Below are positions 45,494 through 55,169 of a stretch of DNA of 64,000 nt, in pieces. Origin of the DNA: Myxococcota bacterium (GTDB lineage: Bacteria; Myxococcota_A; SURF-8; G963663525). The stretch lies in NCBI GenBank assembly GCA_963676915.2, contig CAXXVK010000054.1, forward strand, positions 22,452-86,451. Reading direction: 5' to 3'. Each line of letters starts with the position of its first letter. The first letter of the stretch is position 1. Made by a program: the position numbers and the translations under genes. The notes below the pieces were generated by a model. It was not told the origin of the DNA, did no database searches, and was given only the letters and a program-made list of their open reading frames with translations.

Positions 45494-47281
45494 TCATGGA
45501 TTTTCAGGGGTATGCGAAGTGCCATCAACAATGGCTTGTAGTTCCTGGTATTTTCTCTGAAGATCGGCGATCAGGCGTTCCTGTTTTTTTTGCCGGTCCA
45601 TCCGTTCGTCGATGGGGCGTGAAACCCCGGTAAGGTAACGGATGTGGCCTTCGGAATCACTGATCGGGGCGCTGGCCGTTTCCATCCAGATTGCGTTGCC
45701 GTTTTTTCCTGAATGCTGGAGTTCCAGACAGAAACCTTCGTGGTTTGGCGCGTCTTTTTCCATGTCTTCTACAGTTTGCCGGAATGCTTCCCAGGAGGTG
45801 GGTTCAAGCAGGTTTTCGAAGCTCATGGAAAGAATTTCATCGTGGGTGTATTGCAACAAACGAATGCTTGGCCCCGAAACGAATTCGAAACGCTGCTTGT
45901 CGAGGTTGTAACTCCAGAGGATATCATTAAGGTTTTCGGTAATGATACGGTATTTTTCTTCGGAACGTATCAAGGCTTCTTCACTGGTTTTTCGTGGGGT
46001 AATATCCACCAGATGCCCCAGGATTTCAGGTCTTCCGTTTCGTTCGACCGTCGTAACCAGCATGTCCACCCAGACTCTTTCCCCATTTCGATTGACGAGT
46101 GGAATTTCGTATTGTTCGGGGGGACGATTTCCCTCCTCTCGCTCGTTGATGATTTGGAGAATTTCCTCCCGGTCATCGGGATGGATAAAACGTAGAATGG
46201 ATTCATTCTGCATGATGGCAATATCCTCGATATCGTATCCCAGGATTTCCGCCATTCTGGGATTGGCGTAGACGAGTTTGCCTTCCCTGTGAATGAAAAT
46301 TCCGGTCAAAGCGCGGTCGCTGATTTCCCTGTATCGTTGTTCCGATTGCTCCAGAGTGCGTGTCAAGCTGTAATTTCGAATGGCTTCAGAAGCGTGTCCC
46401 GCAATGATCTGGCCTAACTCAAGGTCTTGATCCGAAAACGGCTTGTCCGGTTTGTTGTGCAGGGAAACGGCTCCGGCGAATTTGTTGTCGGTAGATGTCA
46501 ACGGGAACACGAGAAAAGAGCTGTCACGGTATCCGGACCAGCCGCTGGGTTCGATGTCTTCTTCCTTGGAAATGTCTAACGATAGATAAGGCTTTCCCGA
46601 GGTGAAAACCTTTCCAAGTACCGTATTTTCGGATAAGGGAAGAGTCAAGCTTGGTGGTTGATGCTGATCGTTGTACAAGCTGATCCGGCGAAGCCTGTTC
46701 GATTCCAGCCAGTACAAGCTACCACCGTTCGTACCGATGTTTTCGGTAAACATCGCAAGAATTTTCTCCCCAAGTTCTTCCAGTGTTCGAACTTCCGACA
46801 ATCCTGGAGTGTTTTTCACGATATGCAACAGCCGACGGGAGTAGTCCTGGCTTTCTTTCGTACGTTCGAGAACCATTTCTTCAAGATGAAGCTGGTATTG
46901 GTAGTTTGTTTCTTCCAACTCCTTGGTTCTTGCAGCATTGCGGACGACCTGGCAAATGGAGTTTTTATCGATGGGTTTGGCCATATAGTCGAACGCCCGG
47001 CGACGGACGGCTTCTGCAGCTGAATCGATCGAAGGTCGTCCTGTAATAAGGATAACTTTGGTTCTCGGGAAATGGTCGTTCAGGGTGTCAAGCAACTGCA
47101 TCCCATCGATGTTGGGCATGATGATATCGCTGACCACCACATCGAAGGTCGTTTTCGACGCTTTTTCCAACGCTTCCATGGCGGTACCCGCCGTTTCCAC
47201 GTTGTGTCCGTCGTTTTGAAGAAAACGTCCAAGGGTCAGGGTCAAACCGGGTTCATCATCGACAATCAATACTTTTGCCAT
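45494..47281 (-). CDS. REC-GAF-PAS-PAS signalling protein with no output domain
   Basis: REC motifs IVDDE/SDIIMP/ITG/KP; GAF (SFLVFPL...HNK..KPFSDQD); two PAS domains; short coiled-coil end. Confidence 0.85.
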   Translation of the reverse strand: MAKVLIVDDEPGLTLTLGRFLQNDGHNVETAGTAMEALEKASKTTFDVVVSDIIMPNIDGMQLLDTLNDHFPRTKVILITGRPSIDSAAEAVRRRAFDYMAKPIDKNSICQVVRNAARTKELEETNYQYQLHLEEMVLERTKESQDYSRRLLHIVKNTPGLSEVRTLEELGEKILAMFTENIGTNGGSLYWLESNRLRRISLYNDQHQPPSLTLPLSENTVLGKVFTSGKPYLSLDISKEEDIEPSGWSGYRDSSFLVFPLTSTDNKFAGAVSLHNKPDKPFSDQDLELGQIIAGHASEAIRNYSLTRTLEQSEQRYREISDRALTGIFIHREGKLVYANPRMAEILGYDIEDIAIMQNESILRFIHPDDREEILQIINEREEGNRPPEQYEIPLVNRNGERVWVDMLVTTVERNGRPEILGHLVDITPRKTSEEALIRSEEKYRIITENLNDILWSYNLDKQRFEFVSGPSIRLLQYTHDEILSMSFENLLEPTSWEAFRQTVEDMEKDAPNHEGFCLELQHSGKNGNAIWMETASAPISDSEGHIRYLTGVSRPIDERMDRQKKQERLIADLQRKYQELQAIVDGTSHTPENP

Positions 47282-47507
47282 TGGTTCCGTCTCCACATTT
47301 ACGGATAACATTTTGATTTAGAGCAATCTGTTGTGAAAATAGTTATGACCTTCTCGAGTTGCTTACACATGTTTCCGGCAGTTTTGTTTCATCCTTTTAG
47401 AAAGAAATTAAAAAGAAACTGAAATCGAGAGATGTATCTCGTACCTACATAGCTCTCTCGTGATTTTTGATGATGAAGTCATATTTTGTATCAATGAAAA
47501 CCCAGGT

Positions 47508-50159
47508 TTAAGCCTCGGACAGTGCCGACTGCGGAAGATCGTCGAAATCTACGGGCAAATCGAAGAAAAACCTCGTGTAGCGTCCCTCTTCCGTCTTGAA
47601 ACTCAGTTTTCCACCATGATCCTTGATGATGCTATGGCTGATCGATAACCCTAATCCAGTACCTTTGCCATGAGGTTTCGAGGTATAAAACGGATCGAAA
47701 ATGCGTTCCTGATAGTATTTCGGAATCCCTGTTCCATGATCCTCGACAATCACTCGGACGAACTTCTTTTCGTTCAAGTGAAGCAGGTTGGCATCGATAT
47801 AGATAATTTTATCTTCGTGATAACCTCGGTATTTGTCGTTGAGGGCATCGCGGGCGTTGGTGACGAGGTTCATCAATACCTGCATGATTTCCTGTTGGTG
47901 GCATACGACTTCCGGTAAATCCGTGGGAATCGAATGCTCAACGACAATATGGTCTTGACGCAGGATTTTTGAGGTTAACGACAACGTGGATTCCACAATG
48001 GCACGTACGTGCGTGGCTCCGCAGGATTCCTGGTCCTGGCGAGCGAAAGCCAAAAGGTTTTTCACGATATCGGCGACCCGGCAGCTTTCCTCCACGATAT
48101 GCTGCGCATCCTGGTAGGCTGTACTTTGGGGATCGACCTCGTCCATGATCAACTGCCCGAAATTCATAATGATATTGATCGGATTGTTGATTTCGTGAGC
48201 GACGCCTCCTGCCAGCGTCCCGATGGCTTCAAGCTTCTGGTTTTGAAGCATGTTGGCTTCGATTTCCCGTTCCATAACGCTGTTGATTTTTCGGTCGGTG
48301 ATATCCTGATGAATACCGCTTAACCGGCGTGGAAGCCCGTGAGCGTCGTATTCGACGATTTTGCCGAAATCGAGAATCCAACGATATTCACCGTTTTTTG
48401 TACGTATTCTGTACTCACATTTAATCGTGGTGGTTTTGCCCTGAATGATTTCGGAATAATCTTTAATGGCTGTTTCCAGATCGTCTGGATGAACTTGTGA
48501 CAACCATTGTCTCGAATTGGCGGCAAATTCGTTCGGAGCGTAACCGAGCATGGAAAAAAAGCGAGAATTTGCGAGAATTACATCCGTGGCAAGGTTCCAT
48601 TCCCATATGCCTAGATCTGCGCCAATGGTTGCAAGTTCGAGTTTTTCCTGATTTCTTCTCAGGCGGTTCTCGGTTTCGTGATGCTCCTCTATTTTCTGAT
48701 TCAACTTGATATTGAGTGCCACCATCTCATGGTAAAGCCTGGCGTTTTCCAGGGAAATCCCGATGTGAGGCTGCAACATGCGAAAGACATTCAAATCTTC
48801 TTGTGAAAAAGGGGAGGTTCCGGGTTCTGTTTCCAAAAACATGATTCCGAAAACGGAATTTTTCGATTGTATCGGTCCGCAGAGGATCGATCGTTTTCCT
48901 CCCTGCCGTAAATAAGAGTCCAATGCGTGGAAACGAGAGCGGCTGGAGTCTTCGATCAGGATAGCTTCTCCGCAGTCGAGAACGTAACGTATGACTTCGT
49001 GAGCGATATTTTCATCTTTGTTTAATGGAATTCCCAGCAGTGTTTCAATGGATTTCCCTCTTTCGGAAACGGCTTCCACACGCATGGAGTCATTGCTTTG
49101 CAACAGCAGTTTTCCTTTGAAGCCTCCAATGGTTTCCGCTGTGATTTCCAGTATTTTCGATAAAATATTTTTAAGACTTATTTCGCTGCTGATCGCCAGT
49201 GCCGCTTTAGCGAAAGCGTCAAAGTCTATTGATTGAGTGGATGGAGAATCATAGATTTCCGAAGGGGAAGACGTATTGGGTGTCAGTTGTTTGGGTTGAT
49301 TGCACAATAATGCAGAAGTATTGATTTGACCCGTTTGATTCCATTGTTGGATACATTGTTCCAAATCCGTTATCAACTCTTTTGAGGATGGGTAGCGGTT
49401 CTTGGGATCACGTTCCAGAAGTCGGGACACCAGATCGGATAGAGCTTGCGGGCAATCCGGCGACATTTCAGAGGGAGGAACGGGAAGTATCCCTTGTTGT
49501 CGTTCTCTTAGTTCCGATAAGCGTTCCGCTCGGAACGGAAGATGCCCTGTAAGCAGGCGATACAAAAGCACTCCCAATGAAAATCGGTCGCTTCGAGCAT
49601 CAACAGCAGAATGGATGGCTCCGGTTTGTTCAGGAGAAAGGTAGGGGATCACAGAAGAATTTTCTTGAATGGAGAATGTGCTATAATCCGAGCAGTCGCA
49701 AAGGCGGGAGGAACTGAAATCGATTAGTTTCAAAGTGGCTGTATCCTGCGAAAACAGGATATTGGAAGGATGTATAGCACCATGAACAATGTTTTTTTTG
49801 TGCAGAACCTCAAGTGTTTTGGCAAGCTGAAGACTTACCGAAAGGATGTGCACGACATTGGTTTCAAAGTGTTCCAATTGGTCTTGAAACGATGTGCCCT
49901 GGACAGATTCCATTACCAATGCCAGCCCGTCTGCATGAAATAGAATGTCGTGGTATCGACGTAAGCCCTCATGTCGTACCGAACTGCCAAATTCGAATTC
50001 TCGTCGAAAACGGTTTAATTCCGGGAGTTTCGCAGGTGTTTTGCAATGGGTTTTAAGGATGACTGGAGCGTCGTCGCTTAGTCGTCTGGCATGAAATAAT
50101 CTTGATCGGCTACCTTCATACAAGAGCGCTTCCACATGATATCCGGGTAATTCCAGCAT
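47508..50159 (-). CDS. Ser/Thr kinase-like domain-GAF-PAS-histidine kinase fusion
   Basis: Kinase-fold motifs ILKT, HGAIHPSN, IDFS, YLSPEQTG; GAF region AISSEI...SLENARLY; PAS; AHEINNP H-box; GTGLGL. Confidence 0.88.
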   Translation of the reverse strand: MLELPGYHVEALLYEGSRSRLFHARRLSDDAPVILKTHCKTPAKLPELNRFRREFEFGSSVRHEGLRRYHDILFHADGLALVMESVQGTSFQDQLEHFETNVVHILSVSLQLAKTLEVLHKKNIVHGAIHPSNILFSQDTATLKLIDFSSSRLCDCSDYSTFSIQENSSVIPYLSPEQTGAIHSAVDARSDRFSLGVLLYRLLTGHLPFRAERLSELRERQQGILPVPPSEMSPDCPQALSDLVSRLLERDPKNRYPSSKELITDLEQCIQQWNQTGQINTSALLCNQPKQLTPNTSSPSEIYDSPSTQSIDFDAFAKAALAISSEISLKNILSKILEITAETIGGFKGKLLLQSNDSMRVEAVSERGKSIETLLGIPLNKDENIAHEVIRYVLDCGEAILIEDSSRSRFHALDSYLRQGGKRSILCGPIQSKNSVFGIMFLETEPGTSPFSQEDLNVFRMLQPHIGISLENARLYHEMVALNIKLNQKIEEHHETENRLRRNQEKLELATIGADLGIWEWNLATDVILANSRFFSMLGYAPNEFAANSRQWLSQVHPDDLETAIKDYSEIIQGKTTTIKCEYRIRTKNGEYRWILDFGKIVEYDAHGLPRRLSGIHQDITDRKINSVMEREIEANMLQNQKLEAIGTLAGGVAHEINNPINIIMNFGQLIMDEVDPQSTAYQDAQHIVEESCRVADIVKNLLAFARQDQESCGATHVRAIVESTLSLTSKILRQDHIVVEHSIPTDLPEVVCHQQEIMQVLMNLVTNARDALNDKYRGYHEDKIIYIDANLLHLNEKKFVRVIVEDHGTGIPKYYQERIFDPFYTSKPHGKGTGLGLSISHSIIKDHGGKLSFKTEEGRYTRFFFDLPVDFDDLPQSALSEA

Positions 50160-50625
50160 CAATTGTCCCTCGCGATTTCGATACGCATCCTTTGCTTTGG
50201 CATTCCTGAACGAAACGACCGGTTCAAGCTTGTTTTTGATCAACCCGTCTGTTGAACAAGGGACTTCGACTCGAATCTTCCGCCGAAAAAAACAAGCGGG
50301 TAGACCGTTGATGCCCTTTGGATGCTTGGAAACCTGTTCGTAACTATGCCTGAGCGATAGTGTACCTTAAATCAAGCAGAAAAAAAAGGCTGTTGTCGGG
50401 ATTTCGACGGTGTGGTTAAGAATGACGAAAGGTGTTTGTCTGAAAATGGTTAACAACTAATTGATATCACGAAAATATTCAGTAATTTTGATACAATGTG
50501 TGATAATAGTGTGTTTTTGAGTACTATTATTTTAAAAACGGCACAGTCGACTTTTCCTCTCTGAACCGAATTTCATTCGACGTGCTTTGGTTCAAGATAT
50601 CCAATCGCAATGCGGAGCAAACCTA

Positions 50626-51402
50626 TTACAGCCGCAATCCTTCCGGGATTGGTTCTCCATCGAAATGTATCGTTCCGTTTTCGTCGTATCCCAAGCGGCC
50701 ATCGGCGAGATATTCGAGAGTCATCGGAAACACGATCCAGTCTCCCTCTGTCTTCAACCGTTCCTGATTGGCATCGGACACGTTTTCGAGTATTTCTCGA
50801 TTGGTTGGGTCGAAGTCTTTCGGGAGTTCTACGGGAATCGGATGGGAAATCGCCAGCAGACGACCGCCATCTACTTCGGGTTCGATAATGTGCGTGGATG
50901 AGGCGAGGGTGGTTTCTCCTGCGAGAATGGCGTCTCTTACGGCGTGGTCACCGGTGAATTTTCGCTTGCCGTTCTCTCGGATACCAAGATCGGCGGGATG
51001 CACGTTGATGCCGACGAAAGCGCTCGTCAGCTTTTCACTGGCAATCGACATGTAACCGCCGTAAGCCGCAACTTTCGCTTCGAAAAAAGCAAGAGACTTG
51101 ATGGTTTCCACGTCGTAGGCTTCACGTAAGTGCATATCACTACGGGGACGGTTGCGTTTCGCGTAGTACGCGCCGATATCCCGCACGATGACCGGCAGGT
51201 CGTGCTCACGTCCGATGTTTAGCGCTTGGCTGTCGGCGTTGTCGCTGAACAGTGCCACGATTCGGTAGGGACTGGCTCCCCGTTCTTTTGCGAGCTTGTA
51301 CTGATGTTCCAGTATTCTCAATAAGTTGGTGCCAGAGCCGGACATCAGTCCGACCACTTTCAGTTCACCGTCTTTAGGATCGTGAAACGGCCAGATCGCC
51401 AT
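50626..51402 (-). CDS. PurN-like formyltransferase
   Basis: GLMSGSGTN, INVHP and VDGG motifs (formyltransferase N/H/D catalytic residues). Confidence 0.8.
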   Translation of the reverse strand: MAIWPFHDPKDGELKVVGLMSGSGTNLLRILEHQYKLAKERGASPYRIVALFSDNADSQALNIGREHDLPVIVRDIGAYYAKRNRPRSDMHLREAYDVETIKSLAFFEAKVAAYGGYMSIASEKLTSAFVGINVHPADLGIRENGKRKFTGDHAVRDAILAGETTLASSTHIIEPEVDGGRLLAISHPIPVELPKDFDPTNREILENVSDANQERLKTEGDWIVFPMTLEYLADGRLGYDENGTIHFDGEPIPEGLRL

Positions 51403-51428
51403 GGGATTTCCTCGTAGGTGGTGTAGAT

Positions 51429-52241
51429 TCAGCCTTTGGGATCGATTCCGCATTCTTTCAGTACGTCGGGATGGTCGTCCGAAAGCAGTTCGGCCAGACG
51501 ATCCGCCTGTTTTTGCGGGATATTTTTGGTTCCTATCATGTAATCCTCGAAGGCTTCCCAGGTCAATGGAGCAACGGCTTTGACGCACTTCGCCATCGCT
51601 TCGGCATAAACCTGGATTTCCTTTTGAGCATGGAAATCCATTCGTAGGCGGATGAAATGCAAAATATTGCGAAGGTCGCTTTGCCAGTACCATTCCGTAT
51701 AGGTATTTAGTGGCAGCACGACACGGGCGACTTCGCGGCTGATGCCTTTTTCGATCAGTTCGTGATAGGTCTTGAACGCCGTTTTGCAGCTCGAATCGAT
51801 GGCTTCGACCACTTCCTTCCGTAGCTCCGGTGGAACCTCTTCGGTCGAGCGTCCTTGGCGGTTGTTCTGTGCCTGAAAAGCGATGTCACTGTCAGCGGGG
51901 ATATAGTATTCCTCGGGGAGAATCGAATATCGCCCGGAGATTTCATTGAGGCGCGCTGTTCGATGTCGAACCCATTGGCGGGCGACGAAAATGGGCATCT
52001 TTGCATGAAACGTCAAAATGACCTGCTCGAAGGGGGACATATGCCCGTGGCGCAGCAGGTAGCGGATCAAGCCTCGGTCTTCGTGAACGGTTTTCGTGCC
52101 GGGTCCGTATGATACACGGGCCGATTGCACGATGCGTGCATCGCCACCCATGTAATCCACAAGTCGCAAAAATCCGTGATCCAACACGGAAATCTTTTGT
52201 TCCAACAACTCGTCTGCGGCGGGAATGCTCAGGCGTTCCAT
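51429..52241 (-). CDS. thyX: FAD-dependent thymidylate synthase
   Basis: HMSPFE, ThyX motif RHRTARLNEISGRY, and HAQKEI; GGAGG RBS. Confidence 0.97.
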   Translation of the reverse strand: MERLSIPAADELLEQKISVLDHGFLRLVDYMGGDARIVQSARVSYGPGTKTVHEDRGLIRYLLRHGHMSPFEQVILTFHAKMPIFVARQWVRHRTARLNEISGRYSILPEEYYIPADSDIAFQAQNNRQGRSTEEVPPELRKEVVEAIDSSCKTAFKTYHELIEKGISREVARVVLPLNTYTEWYWQSDLRNILHFIRLRMDFHAQKEIQVYAEAMAKCVKAVAPLTWEAFEDYMIGTKNIPQKQADRLAELLSDDHPDVLKECGIDPKG

Positions 52242-52480
52242 GCGTTACCTCCGATAAAAGGGTTTTATATTCGATAGCACGTGATGCCTCGCAGGTCAAT
52301 CGGCTGAAAACGTGAAAAAATCGCCCAAATAAACCAGAAACATGAAACTCCCCGAAATGTCTTGAAAAACAAGATTTGCAATGATTTCGAGAAAAAATTT
52401 CTTGCTGGCGCAACAGGGGAAATCCAGCTATACAGGGAAGAAACATCGTTGGTTTTATCTCTTTTACCGTAGGAACATCC

Positions 52481-53590
52481 TTGTTTAGAACTTTACTGAA
52501 ACTTCCTGTTGTCGTTTGGTTGAAACGAGAATATCCCCTGCCTCCCTGGGTGGGGCTGGTTTTTCTTGTCGCCATCGCCTTGATGTCTGCCGGATTCGAA
52601 ACTGCCGGCTGGTTGTTGGCAGGTTTCTTTTTTCTCATTTCCAGTGCCGATTGGCTGGTGGAAGCTGCCGAAAAAGTGGGGCGAGCGCTCAACATTTCCC
52701 AACTGACCATCGGTCTGACCATCGTGGCGTTCGGTACCAGCGCACCGGAGTTGATCGTCAATTTCATTGCGGCGGTCAAAGGTCACGCAGGGATTACCAT
52801 CGGAGATATTCTCGGGAGCAATATCGTTAACATCTGCTTGGGAATCGGCATTTCAGCGGTACTTGTCGGAGTGACGATCCGCCGTTCCACGGCCCATGTC
52901 GAACTTCCGTTTTTAGCGGGTGGAACCTTGCTGCTGTTTCTCGTGGTGTTCGACTTTTCCGCGCCGGTTGAAGGGTTGCATGTTCTTAGTCGTACCGGTG
53001 GTATTGCCTTGCTGGCGGGATTCGCTGCTTATCTTGGGTATGTCTACTGGTGCCAGATTCGTACGAGACGGGCGGAGGTGTCCGATGAAACGCCCGAGGA
53101 GCGCCATATTCGTCGTGAAGCTCTGCCGCGTTCGATCGTCAAGTTGTTGATTTCCGTAGTACTTCTTTACTTCAGCGGGGAAATCATCGTTGGCCGATCC
53201 GTGCTTTTGGCGCAGTCGTTCGGTATCAAGCAGTCCATCATCGGAGCGACGATTGTCGCCATCGGTACTTCGGTGCCCGATGTGACCGCTTCGGTTCTTG
53301 CGGCCATGAAAGGCAAGCATGATATTGCAGTGGGAAATATCGTGGGAAGCAACACGTTCAACACGCTGTGGGTGCTCGGTGTCTCGGCGGTTGTTGCCCC
53401 GGCCTCGCTACCGTTTTCGGATGGTTTGTTTGTGGATTTCACGATTATGTCCGTTTTGACGCTCTTTTTCTTTCTCGTGGCTCTGGCGAGAAAGAAAGTG
53501 GTTCGGTACGATGGTATCGTGATGGTGCTGGCGTATGTCGGATACATGGTGTTTCTATTCTCCACAGCTGGAACCGGAGGCGGACATTAA
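52481..53590 (+). CDS. Calcium/sodium antiporter (YrbG family)
   Basis: Duplicated alpha repeats GTSAPE...GSN and GTSVPD...GNIVGSN. Confidence 0.93.
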   Translation: MFRTLLKLPVVVWLKREYPLPPWVGLVFLVAIALMSAGFETAGWLLAGFFFLISSADWLVEAAEKVGRALNISQLTIGLTIVAFGTSAPELIVNFIAAVKGHAGITIGDILGSNIVNICLGIGISAVLVGVTIRRSTAHVELPFLAGGTLLLFLVVFDFSAPVEGLHVLSRTGGIALLAGFAAYLGYVYWCQIRTRRAEVSDETPEERHIRREALPRSIVKLLISVVLLYFSGEIIVGRSVLLAQSFGIKQSIIGATIVAIGTSVPDVTASVLAAMKGKHDIAVGNIVGSNTFNTLWVLGVSAVVAPASLPFSDGLFVDFTIMSVLTLFFFLVALARKKVVRYDGIVMVLAYVGYMVFLFSTAGTGGGH

Positions 53591-53620
53591 GGAGAATATG
53601 GGGAATAAGGAGAAATTACG

Positions 53621-55117
53621 GTGAAAAGCAGGACATCCGAAAAACGAAGAAATTTTTCAGAAAAGATGATCGGAGTGTTCGTTGCTGTTTTGGCTGTGAT
53701 GCTCGTGAGTTTCGTTCCTGCCGAGGCGCAAGTGGACCGCTCGGATGCCGTCCGAACGTTGTGCAAGACCATCGAAAACGAGCGCTGGTTGGGGCTGTAT
53801 CTCTATGGCGGGAAAGTCGGTTGGATGCGCCAGCAATGCCGCATCGAAGGCACGACGGCGGTTCTCGAAGCTGAACTGGAGTATTCGCTTACCGTGATGG
53901 GACGAAAACTGCAACTGGAACAGCACGACCGCCGAGCCTATGAGTTGAAGAGCGGTGATCTCGTATCTATCGAGTTCAGTACCGGTGGAGGGATGGGCAA
54001 GCAGTCGCTCAAAGGAAGTAAAGCTGGTAAAGGATTTCGTGTCGAAATACAACTGGCCGGGCAGGTCCAGACAAAAACCTTCGAATCGTCTCCCGAAAAC
54101 CTTGTGGAAATCAGTCAAGCGCAGTTGGGAATCCTTGCCGGAGAGGTGCAAAAAGGCTGGTCAGCTAGCTTACGGACCTTTGATCCCAACAGCCAGCAAG
54201 TCATGATGCTTCAAACCAAACTGGTGTCGGTCGAAGAGATGACGATCCAGGGAGTGAAAAGCCGTCGTTATGTTTTCGATGAAAATATTCCGGCCTTGTC
54301 GCTGAAATCCAATTCGATATACGACGGATTGGGACGGCTGATGTTCACCCGTATCGGGGGGATGATCGAGGCCAAATGGGAGAATCGTGAAGAAGCCACC
54401 CGCGGCGTGCAAGCTCAGGATTTTCTTCAGTTGACGATGCTGACGCCGGACAAGCCGATTCGCCAGCCAAAAACACGAAGCAAGTTGACGTTGAGACTTA
54501 CGGGGATGGACGAAGTTCCCGAAGGTGCAAAGGATGAACGACAGCATTGGAGCCGCGCCGGAACAGATTGGCGCGTGACGATTCATAAGGAAAAACTGCC
54601 GGTTTCAGCTACCATGATCCGAAACCCTTCGCGCTTCAAGCCATGGCTTGAAGCTCAGCCAGATATTCAGAGCGAGCATCCCGATATTACGGCGGCGGCC
54701 ATGGAAATTTCCCGAGGCCAGAGAGGTACGGAGGCGAAGGTTCGTAAAATCCTCGAATGGCTGGACAGAAACATCGCTCGGGTATACAGTCCGGATTTCT
54801 CGAATGCGCTCGATACGTACCGTTCACGTCGGGGGGATTGCGGCGAATTTGCGGCACTTTTCGTGGCGTTGGCGAGAGCGATGGGCATTCCGTCGCGGCC
54901 AATTTATGGTATGGCTTATCTGGAATCCGGTGACGGAGGACGTTTCGGCTACCATGCTTGGGTGGAAGTCTGGATGGGGCGCTGGGTAACCGTCGATCCT
55001 ATCTGGCAGCAGTTTCCCGTCGATGCGACGCATCTTGCGCTTTCACGCGGGGATTTGGCTTCTCGGATGAGTATTGCCGGATTGATTACTCGGATACGCA
55101 ATATTCGGGTGGATTAA
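53621..55117 (+). CDS. Exported transglutaminase-like domain protein
   Basis: Signal peptide; Cys-His-Asp triad GDCGEF / YHAWVEV / VDP. Confidence 0.87.
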   Translation: MKSRTSEKRRNFSEKMIGVFVAVLAVMLVSFVPAEAQVDRSDAVRTLCKTIENERWLGLYLYGGKVGWMRQQCRIEGTTAVLEAELEYSLTVMGRKLQLEQHDRRAYELKSGDLVSIEFSTGGGMGKQSLKGSKAGKGFRVEIQLAGQVQTKTFESSPENLVEISQAQLGILAGEVQKGWSASLRTFDPNSQQVMMLQTKLVSVEEMTIQGVKSRRYVFDENIPALSLKSNSIYDGLGRLMFTRIGGMIEAKWENREEATRGVQAQDFLQLTMLTPDKPIRQPKTRSKLTLRLTGMDEVPEGAKDERQHWSRAGTDWRVTIHKEKLPVSATMIRNPSRFKPWLEAQPDIQSEHPDITAAAMEISRGQRGTEAKVRKILEWLDRNIARVYSPDFSNALDTYRSRRGDCGEFAALFVALARAMGIPSRPIYGMAYLESGDGGRFGYHAWVEVWMGRWVTVDPIWQQFPVDATHLALSRGDLASRMSIAGLITRIRNIRVD

Positions 55118-55169
55118 CAGATTGAATACATTGGAAGAATCCCATTGGGGATGAATGGAGAGATACATT

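Noticed and set aside
51403-51693. Long N-terminal extension of the PurN-like ORF; likewise for ileS, efp, tsaC and the barrel ORF starting at 2249
   Set aside because: The extensions overlap upstream genes or the tRNA, or lack homology-like sequence; downstream starts fit the family N-termini better
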